64,000 nucleotides of DNA from Lophium mytilinum (Eukaryota). A program made the position numbers and the translations under genes. The notes beneath the pieces were generated by a model, which was not told where the DNA came from, made no database searches, and worked only from the letters and a program-made list of their open reading frames with translations. Shown piece after piece: positions 26,337 through 39,390 of this stretch. Position 1 is the stretch's first letter; each line of letters opens with the position of its first letter. The DNA is taken from contig MU004186.1 of the NCBI GenBank assembly GCA_010093605.1, positions 1,716,616 through 1,780,615 of the forward strand, written 5' to 3'.

Positions 26337-27254
26337 AGCGATGTTAGGTGAGAGCAATGAGAAGTCAGAGTAGCGTCTGTATGGCGTGGAGTGTTTTTAG
26401 GCTGCTTCTATTACTTAAATAATCTGGAATCTCCAAGCATTTGGCGAAGGACTATCAGCTGGTGAAGGGCTATCGTTATGCGGTCGGTGAAGCGGTGAAG
26501 CGAGGCAGTCTTGATGGTGTGACGAGGGGCACCGTTGCAATCGCCATGCAGACCCTGCTTCTGTCATACTGAAAGGCCATGTTCTATGGTTGCAGTTTCA
26601 AACAGCGTTTGATGTGCACTGATGATTTGCTGCTTAAAAGCTCCTGGCAGCTGCACCAAAGTGTTTGCCAGCGTCAGGTCCGATGCCAAGCCGGGAACAC
26701 CGAAACAACTCCTTGTAGAACATTGGACGTTGCAGCGATTTTAGAGTTTGGACTATTGGAGAATCAGGATGCCCACTGACGAAGGCTTCTAGCGTTTGCG
26801 CGGAGTGGCGACAGTTTTGATAGTATATGATCGCACTGTATAATTCAGGGAGTGTCACAAACAGGGGGGAGATTTCTAGCCCCGACATAGAAGCGCTATT
26901 TATGGGCGAAAAGTGACACAGCAATAACCAGTCGCGAGAGTATCAATAGAACTCGGAAGAGGATCCGGAGATGATGTGGAATGTCAAGGTGAGGTTGCGG
27001 AGCTTGCGAGGAATGAATACATCTTGTACTAGGTGGTATAAAGCTGTAGATGAAAGATTCTGGATGGGATTTTATATCTCCTCTGTAGATCGGTGGTGCG
27101 TGGAAGGTGATGGATGGGGAGAGGTATTGAGGTTCGCCTTGCCCGCGCCAAGGCCAAACTCACAGTCCGATTTTTTTGAGTGGAACGCGATTTGAGCTCG
27201 ACGCAACGCGACACCAGGCACCACACCTTCACCACCCTCTACACACCCGCAATC

Positions 27255-29019
27255 ATGTCTCTCACAATACCGAACGCTCCGAATGCGGGCTTGTTCAAGC
27301 CGGGCTATCAAAAGTACCGTCCCCTAAATTTACCCAGCCCCTCCATGTGGTGCGTAGCTAAACAATACCCCACAGCTACGACTCCGAAGATGGCGCCGTT
27401 ATTCGCAATATCGAGGCCTGCAGAACGATTGCACAGACTGTCCAAACCTCACTAGGGCCGTACGGTTGCAACAAGATTGTCATAAACCACTTGCAGAAGA
27501 TGATCCTGACCTCGGACGCGGCGACGATACTACGGGAGCTCGAGGTGATGCACCCGGCGGCGAAACTGCTCGTAATGGCGAGCCAGCAGCAAGATGCGGA
27601 GATGGGCGATGCCACAAACATGGTCATTGTGTTTGCGGGAGAGCTGATGAAGAAGGCGGAAGAGCTGATCAGGATGGGTTTGAAGACTAGTGATATCGTG
27701 CAAGGGTACGAGAGGGCACAAGAGGAGGCTCTGAAGCAGTTGGAAGGTACGGTTTGATTCTGGCTTCTACACGTGACGGTATCGAGGTCTAACAAATGGT
27801 GACAGATCTCGTTGTTGACAAGGTCGAGGACATAAGATCACAAGAAGAGCTCAGCAAAGCTATCCGAACTGTTGTGGCCGCGAAGCAGTCCGGCAACGAA
27901 GACTTCCTTGCCGACCTGGTGGCCGAAGCAATCCTCGCAGTTCTCCCAAAGAACCCCATAAATTTCAACGTGGACAATGTGCGGGTGGTCAAGATTATGG
28001 GTGGCAGCCTCGAGCAGAGCAGGGTCGTCAAGGGTATGGTCTTCGCTCGCGAGCCTGAAGGCAGCATCAAGAAGGCACAGAGAGCGAAGGTGGGAGTATA
28101 CTCATGTCCGATCGACATCAGCCAGACGGAGACCAAGGGAACTGTTCTTTTGCACAACGCCAAGGAGATGCTGGACTTCACCACGGGCGAGGAGCATCAA
28201 ATCGAGAACATCATCAAGGAACTCCACGATTCCGGCCTCCGCGTCGTCGTTGCCGGGTCCACCATTGGCGAACTCGCCATGCACTACCTCAACCGCTACA
28301 ACATCCTCGTCATCAAGATCCTCTCCAAATTCGAACTTCGCAGACTCTGCCGTGTTGTTGGCGCTACACCGCTTGCTCGACTAGGGGCTCCTATGCCGGA
28401 TGAAATGGGCACAGTCGATGTCGTTGAGACATTAGAGATTGGCGGTGACCGCGTCACCGTCTTCCGACAAGAGAACGAAACCACCAGGACCGCAACCCTC
28501 GTGCTCCGCGGCGCTACTCAGAACCACCTCGACGATGTCGAGCGCGCAGTTGACGACGGTGTCAACGTCGTGAAAGCCATCACTCGCGATCCCCGTCTCG
28601 TTCCAGGAGCCGGCGCCACCGAAATGCAGCTCATCGAGCGCATCACCAACGTAGCCGAGAAGACCCCTGGTCTTTCTCAATACTCCATCAAGAAGTTTGG
28701 CGAAGCTTTCGAAGTCATCCCCCGCACGTTAGCAGAAAGCGCCGGCCTCGATGCGACCGAGGTGCTAGCCAGATTGTACACGGCACATGCCGCTCACAAA
28801 GGCGCGTCGATGGGTATCGATATTGAGAACGAAGACAAGACGGGCACCCTCGATGCCACGGAGGAGGGCATTTTGGACCTTTACATTACGAAGAGCTGGG
28901 CAATCAAGCTGGCGACCGAAGCGGCCAGGACAGTGCTGAGCGTAGATCAGATCATTGTGGCACGGCAAGCGGGAGGCCCTAAAATGCCCCAGAACAACCC
29001 CAACTGGGATGAGGACTGA
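27255..29019 (+). CDS. CCT8: T-complex protein 1 subunit theta; two introns
   Basis: MSLTIPNAPNAGLFK start, TSDAATIL, GDATN, SKFELRRLCR and C-terminal NWDED. Confidence 0.97.
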
Positions 29020-29078
29020 TCGCTCTGCAGGTCGAGCAGGCATTGTAGAAAATCCATAGATAATGAAGACTTCATGAA

Positions 29079-29107
29079 CCTTGACAAGCCTTGACAAGCC
29101 TTGACAG
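29079..29107. repeat. 10-bp tandem repeat (CCTTGACAAG x ~3) in the CCT8 3' region
   Basis: Directly visible in the sequence. Confidence 0.85.
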
Positions 29108-29239
29108 GTTCCAAAGACATAAAATGCTCAACGTCTTCGTTTTGGAAGAGACTCCCTCCCTTACATGTATAAGCTACCTTTGTATGCCTACCTACCAACT
29201 TTACCAACATTTTGTTTGAAGATTCGGAACCTTTGAAGC

Positions 29240-29469
29240 TACAGTACTAGGCCATAAGTTTGGGCGCACGGAAACCACTGCTTGAGTGCCGCTTTTATAA
29301 CCTGAACGCCACTGTCAGGGGTGGCCTGTCGCAAGGATTTCTCTTGGTCAAAAGGAGGCTTAGATCACGCAGTCAAAAACTTGACATGACGCCTGCGTTG
29401 TGGTCTCCCCACGGGGGTCCTCCTGGCAGTGGCATCCGAGTGTGCACAGAGTTCCGACTTATCACTGTA
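29240..29469 (+). mobile_element. MITE copy (Tc1/mariner type)
   Basis: TA-CAGTACTAGGCCATAAGTTTGGGCGCAC...GTGTGCACAGAGTTCCGACTTATCACTG-TA; colinear with the next copy. Confidence 0.75.
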
Positions 29470-29900
29470 GAGCAGAGAATTCGTCTGAATGTTTGTCTAT
29501 CGTATACCTCGCTGATTTGGGGTCTTCTTGGCGTCGAATCCTATGTGCCATGCAACTTGTTTATGTTATAGATTATCAAGGTCAGAGCTTATTTAGTTCG
29601 AAGCTTTTTTAGCCCTCGGCCCTCGACACTTTCCAGGCTTACGGGCCAAGACTTGCCCAAAGAGGTGACAAGCAGGGGGTTGTTTTGGGGACCCTCGTCG
29701 CGGGCAGTTTATGCTCTTCTTTCGCAAATGTGAGTATGAAGAACAGTAAAACAGCAAATTGTTAAGATGTTTTGGGATTCATGATTTGTTTGGGTTACGT
29801 CACGTGTTCTGGAGTCCTCATGATAATAGGCACAGAATCGCCACCGAATACTGATTGAAGAGTGGAACTTGTTATTACATATCGGATATCTAGTGATATG

Positions 29901-30117
29901 TACAGTACTGAGCCATAAGTCTGGGCACACTCGGCTCCAACTTGCCTAATCAACACCACTGTTAGGGGTAGCCTGGCTGCTGAGCAGGCAATTAGTCAAG
30001 AGGCAGTCTAATCTGCACTGCTTGAAGCTTGACATCGCCCTTGAGCCTTCGAAACCCTGCGGGGGCACCCCAAGCAGTGGCATACCAGTGTGCCTAGACT
30101 CAAGGCCTGTCACTGTA
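29901..30117 (+). mobile_element. MITE copy (Tc1/mariner type)
   Basis: TA-CAGTACTGAGCCATAAGTCTGGGCACAC...GTGTGCCTAGACTCAAGGCCTGTCACTG-TA; imperfect TIRs of about 30 bp. Confidence 0.8.
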
Positions 30118-30273
30118 TGTATCTACAACGCCGAGGCTCCTTGTGCCGATAGTTATCTTTTTGTACAAGTAAATGGCGTGCCTCACGCTGGGTACGCTAT
30201 AAGCTCTACCTCTTTGACGCCACAAATGCCTAGATGTACAACTTCACGATATTTTACAGCCATGGAGGGGAGT

Positions 30274-32399
30274 TCATTCCCCTCCTGGTCTTCTTCGAGC
30301 TTTCATACTCTTCATGCTCGGTCTTGGTCTCACTTTCTTATCGTTCCGCCCCTTGACTCTCGGTCCTCCCAGCACCGATGCGCTCATGGGTCTACGGACG
30401 TCCACGAATTTGCCCTCTGGACTGAATACCTCAACCTCTGGGACTTCGATATCTACCTCCTCTGTAACCCCATCCTCGCCCTCTTGACTTCCCTCCGTCA
30501 AAGCACTCCTATCCGCCCTAGACTTCCGTACTTGGGCCACCAACTCCACCCATCCACATCCTTCGACCAGAATATCCGCCGAGTATACCGTAAAGGGCAA
30601 CTGGTCCGCCTTCATCTTCCCTGCCGACTTCGACGTCAGTGGACCCGTTTGTTTCTTGGTAACATCCCACTTGAGCTTGAACACGCCCGCCGACTTCATC
30701 TTCTCCCCGATCCCCGGCGCCGCAATAACAGAGACACCCGACTCGCGCGTCTGGGCTTGGATGCCCTCCGCCTTCTCCGTACTGGTCACGTGTGGGTCGA
30801 TGGGCACAAAGGGGTGCGCGATGAAGACGAGATCCGGTGTCCTGGGCGTGATGCGAACGAGGCCGCCGAGGAGGAGCGACTGGCCTGGCTTGAGAATGTG
30901 CTTTTGCGCAGAAATTCGTTGATTCATGACGAGGTCGAGGCGGTGTTCCGGGCGGACGTAGGATTCGAGGTCTGAGCGGGCGAGGCCGGGGAGGTCGATG
31001 AGCTCGCCGCGGCCGTTGCCGAAAGGGACGCGAATGGGGGAGGCGGTGGTGCCCGGGAGGGAGGAGATGATAGGCATGACGGGGAACGCAGTTTCGATTT
31101 GGGGTGGAGGGAGGAGGGCGTCATCATCTTCGAGTGCGGCTTCTGCTTCTTCTCTAGCTTTCTCTTCTGGGTCTATTTTTGCTTCTTCGTCTTCTTGCAC
31201 TAGTTGTTCTTGAATTGCCATGAGTTCGTCAACGGATTGGGCAGCCTCTTCCATTCTCACACGCTCCTCGGCGGAGCGGATTCTGCGGACGTTCATGTCG
31301 AGGCCTCCTCTTCCCTTGGGATATACAACTTCGAACAGATTACTTTTGCCCACGTTGACTTTTCCGACCATCCAGCCGCCACCTCCCCGCTCCCAGATAT
31401 CTGCTTTGACCTCTTTTGTCCACCATCCTCGCTTCGCGCTCACGAGGCGGACATTTCCTAGTCGGAACCTTTTCCCAGATCGGCCCAATGCGTCTCTTAA
31501 TACCTCCTGTACATATGGCATCAGCTTGTCTACCTGCTCTTTCAACGGCGCCAGTAAATCTGACCGTGTGATAATGAAGCTGACCTCGGCCACACGGTCT
31601 CCGCTCTGCCATCTGGTGTGCTTCGAGCGGCGATTCTGGGTCCGTAGTTGAGGAATTTGTAGGGCTGATTGTAGCTTCGGGATAATGGACATGGGAAAAT
31701 CGGCCGCATCGATGACATGGTATATGTGGTTGTGCTTGTGGGGAGACTCGGCAATGGTGTCGCTGATGGCTTCGATTGAGGGGTGGAAGATGGACGTCCC
31801 CGCATGGTGGTGTATTAGTTTGTGGCATCGATCGCAGACGGGTGTAGAGGGCGCTGTCCTTTCTGGAGAAGATGCTAGACCGCACGTGGTCAGCCATGGA
31901 GGACGGAAGCAGCAACGGGGAGGGTCTTACTTAGGATGTCCCTGTCCAGACCGAGTTCACCGAGCACCTTCTGGTCTACTCCTTTGATTGCTCTTGTGAA
32001 TATGTTCTCTTCTGCAGCACCCTGGCTGTTCTTGTCGTAGTTGATATATGACCGTACGGCCCCTCTTTGCAGCGAGAAGAAGCCTGCTTCATTTTGCTCG
32101 ACGGTCTGGGTCGGAGCCCCACATCCAGGACAGCATAATGGAAGGGGGCGTCTCGAGGGCGTTGCGACAGTGTTCTCTTGAGTTGATGGATGCGAGGGAC
32201 TAGTAACAGCGACTTCTGGTCTACGTCGTTGTGAAGAGGTGGAAAAATTGGGGTTTTGAGAGACGCTCCCCTGGCAAGAAAACGATGGCCGCGCAGGAGC
32301 ACTTAGAAGAGCGGGACAGAGAAAAAGAGGTATTGAGGCATGCGACACAGTCGCATCGCGTTGCAGCAGCTTGCTGGCCTGGCGCAGAGCTGGGCGCAT
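30274..32399 (-). CDS. GEP3: mitochondrial circularly permuted GTPase (YqeH/NOA1/Mtg3 family); one intron
   Basis: Presequence-like MRPALRQASKLL; CPGC...CDRC zinc motif; motif order G4 (TRSD) - G1 (GKVNVGKS) - G2 (PGTT) - G3 (DLPG). Confidence 0.9.
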
Positions 32400-32734
32400 T
32401 GCGTGGTGGTGAGGTTCGAGATGCACAGTCAGGCACGGTTCTGGCAGACGCGACGAAATAATTTCTGAATCAGATTCCGCTGCAGTAATTCCGCGCGCTC
32501 GGTGCAAAGGCGCCGAATACCGATGGGCTACTCTTAGGCGGTGAGGCGGTATTTACTGTCTCAAGCTCAAGCTCAACCGCTCCACCGGCCGCACTAACCC
32601 CGTTTCTCAGGCCATTCTCTCGGAAACTAGGAAAGAAGACGCACATAAACGCACATATAACTCATCCTCTGCAGAACTTCCTCCATTCTTCTTCCCTTTG
32701 AATAGCCCTACACACCTGTCCTCACATCGCCATC

Positions 32735-34351
32735 ATGCTCGCTACCTCGAGAACCGCTGTGCGCCGAGCTGCCTCGAAGCAGTACTCGCTCAAGAATGGG
32801 GCAAGAGCGGTGTCGGCGTGGTCTAGTGTTCCCCAGGGACCTCCTGTGAGTGCAGCACTGCAATTGCTATACACTGATGCTAATGACGATTGTAGGATGT
32901 ACGTATCCTCTCACAAGTCTGACCTGAGCTTCTACTCACCACAGCTCTGCGTCATAGGCGATTCTTGGTTAGTATCATGGCTTTATTTTTTGTGGCACAC
33001 TGAATTTTATTAACATGCTCCAGGTATCACCGAAGCATTCAAGGCCGACAGCAACCCAGAGAAGATCAACTTGGGTACCGTGCCCCGCAAACTCGACGTG
33101 ATGATGCAGAGGGGACACAACTGACAGCGGCAGGCGTTGGTGCATACCGCGATGACAAGGGCAAGCCATTCGTCCTGCCTTCGGTGCGGACAGCGGAGAA
33201 GAAGATTGTCGACTCCTCACTGGACAAGGAGTACGCAGGCATCACCGGTGTCCCAGCATTCGCAAAGGCTGCGGCCATCCTCGCATACGGACCCGACTCT
33301 GCAGCCATCAAGGAGGACCGCGTGGCCATCACGCAGTCCATTTCCGGTACTGGAGCTCTCCGGATAGGTGGTGCGTTCCTCGAGCGCTTCTACCCTGGCT
33401 CGAAGACCATCTACATCCCGAATCCCAGCTGGGCCAACCACACTGCTGTCTTCAAGGACTCGGGGCTGAAGGTGGAGAAGTACCGCTACTACAACAAGGA
33501 CACCATTGGCCTCGACTACGATGGTCTGCTTGCCGACATCAAGGCCATGCCAAAGGGCAGCATCATCCTCCTCCACGCCTGCGCCCACAACCCCACAGGC
33601 GTTGACCCCACCGACGAGCAATGGGTGGCCATTGCAGAGGCCGTGAAGGAGGGCGACCACTTCCCGTTCTTCGACATGGCCTACCAAGGCTTCGCCAGCG
33701 GAGACACCAACAAGGACGCATTTGCCCTAAGACACTTCATCAAGGAAGGTCTCCGACCCATTCTCTCGCAGAGTTTTGCGAAGAATATGGTAAGTGTGCA
33801 GCAGGACGTGACTTGTGCATTGACTGACCTCGAAACAGGGCTTGTATGGCGAGCGTGTCGGAGCTTTCTCAGTTGTGTGTGAGTCTGCCGAGGAGAAGAA
33901 GCGAGTAGATTCCCAGCTTAAGATTCTCGTGCGACCACTCTACTCCAACCCACCGGTGCACGGCGCGCGCATCGCGTCTTCCATCTTGAATGACGAGGCG
34001 CTGAACAAGCAATGGCTGGGCGAGGTCAAGGACATGGCGGACCGCATCATCACGATGCGCGCGCTGCTGAAGGAGAACCTCGAGAAGCTGGGGAGCAAGC
34101 GCGACTGGAGTCACATCACGTCGCAGATTGGCATGTTCGCATTCACGGGACTGACGCCCGAGCAGATGGATGTGCTCGCCAAAGAGGTAAGCTTCCTGAT
34201 CTACAATGCTTAGCACAACCGATATAGAGAAGAAGCTGACACGCGCCAGCACTCGGTCTATGCCACTCGGGACGGAAGAATCTCCGTAGCGGGCATCACG
34301 AGCGGAAACGTCAAGCGCTTGGCGGAGGCAATCTACAAGGTAACAGGCTGA
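32735..34351 (+). CDS. AAT1: mitochondrial aspartate aminotransferase (GOT2 type); many introns including microexons
   Basis: Arg/Ser-rich presequence, [38 protein letters not shown] (PLP lysine) and DGRIS. Confidence 0.95.
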
Positions 34352-34665
34352 TCTGTGAGGAATGGCTCGCATTCTCACCGCTTCTTTGCATATGAGGCTA
34401 TTAGACAGACGAACTGTACTTTACTGTAGAGCATTGGTGAAGTTACTCGTGGTAGGATACAAAATAAGCCTTCATCTTCCCTCTATTTCTCAATCATCTT
34501 CAGTTAGTAGCGTGTGGAGGCAATGCTTCAAGCTGCATTCTCGTCTATCCATCTAATTAAGCCGGCTTGGCTTGTGGGGGTGCTGCTCAGGTGGACTGGG
34601 TCACATCGCTCGCTTAGGCGCTGTCCATCAATCTGCACGCACTACGGTACCACTGGCGTACATCT

Positions 34666-35439
34666 TCAGGGTCCAGTCCGAGGTGCCGATCCCGAGTAAG
34701 GATGCTTGGCCGGGTGCCCCTCACGGTACGGTGCGAGGCACAAACGGCACTTTTGTTCCGATGCCATCCGCCTTTTTGGAGAAGGCGTCGATCGCTGCTC
34801 CATGGGGCTTGCTGCTTTTCTGGAACGTCGCCAACACTTGCCCTCCACCTTCCTGGTCTTACTTGACGATCTAGTATTCCTACGCTGTCCCATCCGTGGT
34901 GGAGTAGTGCTGTGGAGTTTCTTTTGGCGGATCATCAGACCACGCTTGACGCTACTGGGTGAAGCGAAGACTTCGAGTCTACGGAAAGGCTGACGGCTCC
35001 TCTAGTCACTGGAGAAGATGTTCACCTCAACTTTGATCGTCGGGCGATTCAAGTACAAGTAGGCTATTTCCATTTTTCCTACTGTACCGTGCCTGAGGGC
35101 CATAGTTCAGGCCCGCCAAGTCGAGTCTCATCAAGTCAGCCAGCAGGTTTCGGGAAGCTTCTCGGGGAGCTGCTGCACTATGCACGATCAGGGCGCAGTT
35201 AGTACGGATGGCGGCCTGAGTGGTGCGAGGGGCTTTCGGTTTCGTCGACTGCTAGAAATGCCCGCATCGGATTCGGGGTGCGCCAGTGGCTTAAAGACAC
35301 CCGGTAGTCCGCCTGACGTTTCGGTCGTCCGTCTGGGTCCGGGGTCGACAGCGTGGATCCCCTTCACGATGGCTTCATCAAGTCGGGCATCCGCTGGCAG
35401 AGCCCAAGGGTCCATGGGTGTCGTGGGGTTCGCAGCCAT
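34666..35439 (-). other. possible spliced hypothetical gene or remnant
   Basis: ORF 35188-35439 is followed by branch/acceptor-like signals (TACTAAC...CATAG) and further short ORFs; no recognisable domain. Confidence 0.2.
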
Positions 35440-36508
35440 TACTCAGCGACGATGGAGGGGCGGTATCGGTACGGGTGGCCCACGATGCTGGCGGCAAGGA
35501 CTCGAGGTGAGGTCGCCAGCGACACGGCACGAGGGCTCCTTTTAGCCCCAGCTGTACGTACGATGACGCAGTGGCGCCGCCGACGTAGTGTGCGTGTTGA
35601 TTGCGCTGCATACGCATACGTTGGACCACGAACGGCGCCGGGGGAGAGGCTACAAAGACCGGCCACCGCATCTCGAAGACGCGTCCAGGCCAGCTTGGCA
35701 TCTAAGATGTCGCGGCGTGTTCAGTAATTGATGCGCCCTCTCTCTGCCGCCTCCGCGTAGCCTTGCGGATGCTCAGCCTGTGGGCCACCATGCCGCCATG
35801 CTACTCCCGGTTTCTGCATCATGGCCCCACGAAAGCGCGTGATTTACAGCCCGATTGCCGCTCCGGGCCCTAAGTCACACGTTTGAAGCGAGTGCTGGCG
35901 CGCGGTCCCAGTATTTTGTCTTCCCACGGCGTTTGCCCGTGAAGGCGTGGTATTTCCGGCAATTAAGCCCCACCCTTGAGCTCTGCCCGGGTGTGCTGTG
36001 ACAATATATGTGTAGCGGGTGTCTGCGAGCATTCACTCTGCTGGCCGCTCCCTGCCTCCAAATCATCTTATCATATCATCAACAACTAGTGTGCGCTTTA
36101 GCACGTTGCAAAACCCTGACGCCCCTAGATCTACGCGCTGCTCCGCCGGCACTCATCCGACTCTCAACGCGGGGCACTATCACCACTACTGCCCCTCACA
36201 TCCTTAGTTTTTTTTCCAAAATTTCACCTCATCCACCAGCCAAGCCCCGCCGTGCTCGTTTGTGAGAAGCCTCTCTACCCTCTAATTGACGTCCTGCGGC
36301 CCGGCCCTCTCTTGCCCACTCGGCTGTCGTCATCCCGCATTGCTAAAACACCAAACTTTGCCCACCTCAGCAGGGCCACCCGCAAAGCGCATCCAAGCCC
36401 GCCGAATTCTGCAGGCCTCAGCTGCCTGAGTGCGCGCGCAAGCCAGACAGAGGCGTCCACCAGTCCAGTAGCGACGACGAGATCGCGGGGATCGAAGACT
36501 GATCCAAC

Positions 36509-37274
36509 ATGGCTAAGCCCATCGAGCCCGAGCCTACCGATGACAGGGTTTGTGTTCCCCCTCCATCCCTCCTGCCTGCCGTCATCTCCCACCACCAGCA
36601 CGACCTCGCGCATGGTCGTAGCCCCGAGGCGCACTTCTAACCGCACAACACTCCATTATTTCGCTGCTTGTTTACACCCTGAAAGCCTCCTTTTGCACCT
36701 ATTCTCGATTCCCTGAAAGACTCCCACGGCTGATCTTGTGCGACCGCGAACTACAGTCCGAAGCGAGCATCATGGGGCTCCCCGACGCCGGCGACATGCT
36801 CGACACGGCCACCTTTGAGCAGATCCTCGAGATGGACGATGACGAGGAGGAGAGAGAGTTCTCAAAGTCGATAGTCTTCGACTTCTTCACCCAGGCCGAT
36901 AACACGTTCAGCAAGATGGACTCGAATATGTAGGCACCACCCCGCCCCCGACTACAAGCGCTTTCCCGGGCGCCTGTCTCTTTTCAAATCCAATAACTAA
37001 CCATGGCCGTGTCTGCAGCGCGAAAAAGGACCTTGCGCAGCTATCCGCTCTCGGCCACTTCCTCAAGGGCTCGTCGGCAACGCTTGGCCTGACCAAAGTC
37101 AAAGACTCGTGCGAGAAGATCCAACACTTCGGCGCCGGCAAAGACGAGACCGGCACCCACGACCTGTCCGACGAAGCCTGCCTCGAAAAGCTCAAAGTGA
37201 CGGTTGAGCAGGCGAAGCAGGAGTTCAAGGATGTCGAGAAGGTGCTAAAGAAGTTCTACCATGACGAGCCATAG
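36509..37274 (+). CDS. YPD1: histidine phosphotransfer (HPt) protein; two introns
   Basis: TFEQILEMDDDEEEREFSKSIV and LGHFLKGSSATLGL phospho-His motif; exon 1 MAKPIEPEPTDDR. Confidence 0.95.
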
Positions 37275-38349
37275 GAGCCGCCGAAGCTGTGGCGGATGTG
37301 CATTTCTTAGGGGCGACACGAGATTGATGGACAGCTCTACATTCTTGCGGCAGAGCTCTATGGGCTGAGCGGGGCAGCGGAGAGCTTGGATATGGATACC
37401 TGCATGGGGAGTTGTCTACACTGGTGGGTTTTCGGTATCTCATAGGGACGAGACTTGCGGTTTCAGAGGGGATGCTGCATAGCTGGTGCAGGAATCACGG
37501 TTCATATGTATGCAGCCAAGCGCTTCTTACGGCCGCTGCTGCACATACTACCCTAGCTCTACTTCTATGGCACTCCTCTTGACAAAGCTCTGTCCATAAT
37601 GCCAATGCACATTTGAAATGATCACATATGTTCAGTATTTATGTTTGGGACCCACGCCACGTTCTGCCCCGCATGCGGCCCCAGCAGCACGACGTTGAAA
37701 GAAGAGTATCGAGGCTAAGCCAGTTCCTTGTCTACGAGCTCTCCGGCCCTGCAAGCGTTATGAGGCTCTGCTCATCGCGGGCTCGGAGACCGTTCCGTAG
37801 TGCAGCCTGCGATGCTGGTACATCTGGGAAGTTTCCCATGCTTGGGATCGATGAGGTCACTGGTCGCGCACAGACGTTTATAAAATGTCTGTGCGTGAGT
37901 TAGGCAAGGCTTAATTGAACCAACATCGAACGCTTAGGTAACCACGTCTGATGCTCAACACCGCCACATTTTGGATCAAACAACCTTCACACGAGGACTG
38001 TACAGCTGAAATCCGTCTTTTTCTGGTAAGTTTCTTGTCTGGCTTCCCATCAAGCACTTAATTCATACGCTTAGCAGGGTCCAGTCATACTTCTTCTCAA
38101 TTTCAGCCCATGCGTTTTCCTCCCTTAGCTGTAAGCACACAAATTTCCAAACCGAGTGTTCTTCGAGCAAGATTCCTCTACTTTCAGTCTCCTCCTGTAT
38201 TTGTCCTTTCGTCGGTAGCAGGCAGCCTACCTCACTCTCGCGTCTGCGTCTGCTCTTTCATCAGCCGTTTCTGCATCCCCTCGGTAGCCCTCAGTCCATT
38301 CTCCGACCACCAGACTATCAGCGGTAAAAATCACTTCTCTGCCGCTACG

Positions 38350-39390
38350 ATGCCAGGTCGTAAAGCCAAAGCCCCAAACAACTTCTGCGATCCCAAGGCT
38401 GACGATGTTCCGGCGTCGACGTCTTCATCGATTACCCCTATTCCATCAAAATCAAATCCCGAGAGCTCGAATGCTACGCCTAACTCCAACCCGACTTCAT
38501 CCCAATTTACATCCAAAGCCGCAAAGCCCGGGGCCAGACCACCCCTAACCCACTTCCTCTGTTTCCCTCTCGTAACTCCTGCGTCACGGCCCCAACTTCA
38601 AGAAACGCTAGCGAGGTTCAAAGAGGATGTCTGCGCGACCGAAAACGTGCCTGAGAAAGCAATCAGACCGCTAGGCACGCTACACCTCACGCTCGGCGTC
38701 ATGAGCCTAGACGAGGAAAGCTTGGAACGAGCAATAGCCATGCTTCAAAGCCTAAACATAGCGGAACTCCTAAACACAACTAGCGCCGAAACCACCACAC
38801 CCTCAGCCGCCCATCCAACCCCATCAGACCCCAAAGAAACCCCAAATACCGCCACAAAAGCATCCCTCGAAACCGCCTTCGCAAGTAGCGATATCTCAGC
38901 CACCACATCCGCTTGCTCGAGCGGTCAAACTGGCGCCACCGCACCAACCACCCTACCTGGGCCTCTCGTCATCTCCCTCCAAGGCCTCCACTCCATGCAT
39001 CCGCCCGCTCGCACGTCTATCCTCTACGCGGCCCCCGAAGACCCGACTGGGCGGCTCTACCCCGCTGCCACCAAGCTTCGCGACCTCTTCACGCAAGCGG
39101 GCCTGATGGTGCCGGATGACCGGCCACTGAAGCTGCATGCCACGATCATCAACACCATTTACGCGAAAGCAAGCAAGGGGGGGAGGGGCGCGGGACACGG
39201 GGCGAACGCAAAGGCGTTGTTGAGGTTAGATGCGCAGGAGATGGTCGAGAGGTATAGGGGCTTCGTGTGGGCCGAGGGGGTAAGGGTGGAAAGGGTAGCG
39301 ATTTGTAAGATGGGGGCTAAGAAGGTGGTAGATGCGGGGGGTGTAGTGGTGAGGGAGGAGTATGAGGAGGTTGCGGGGTTGGAGGTGTGA
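38350..39390 (+). CDS. AKAP7/ASCC1-like 2H phosphoesterase (2',5' RNA ligase-like)
   Basis: LTHFLCFPL N-terminal strand and two HxT motifs (LHLTL, LHATI); likely start MPGRK. Confidence 0.85.
   Translation: MPGRKAKAPNNFCDPKADDVPASTSSSITPIPSKSNPESSNATPNSNPTSSQFTSKAAKPGARPPLTHFLCFPLVTPASRPQLQETLARFKEDVCATENVPEKAIRPLGTLHLTLGVMSLDEESLERAIAMLQSLNIAELLNTTSAETTTPSAAHPTPSDPKETPNTATKASLETAFASSDISATTSACSSGQTGATAPTTLPGPLVISLQGLHSMHPPARTSILYAAPEDPTGRLYPAATKLRDLFTQAGLMVPDDRPLKLHATIINTIYAKASKGGRGAGHGANAKALLRLDAQEMVERYRGFVWAEGVRVERVAICKMGAKKVVDAGGVVVREEYEEVAGLEV

Noticed and set aside
30022..30975. 317-aa ORF on the + strand
   Set aside because: It is the antisense shadow of GEP3, starts at a non-ATG codon inside a MITE and has no domain features.
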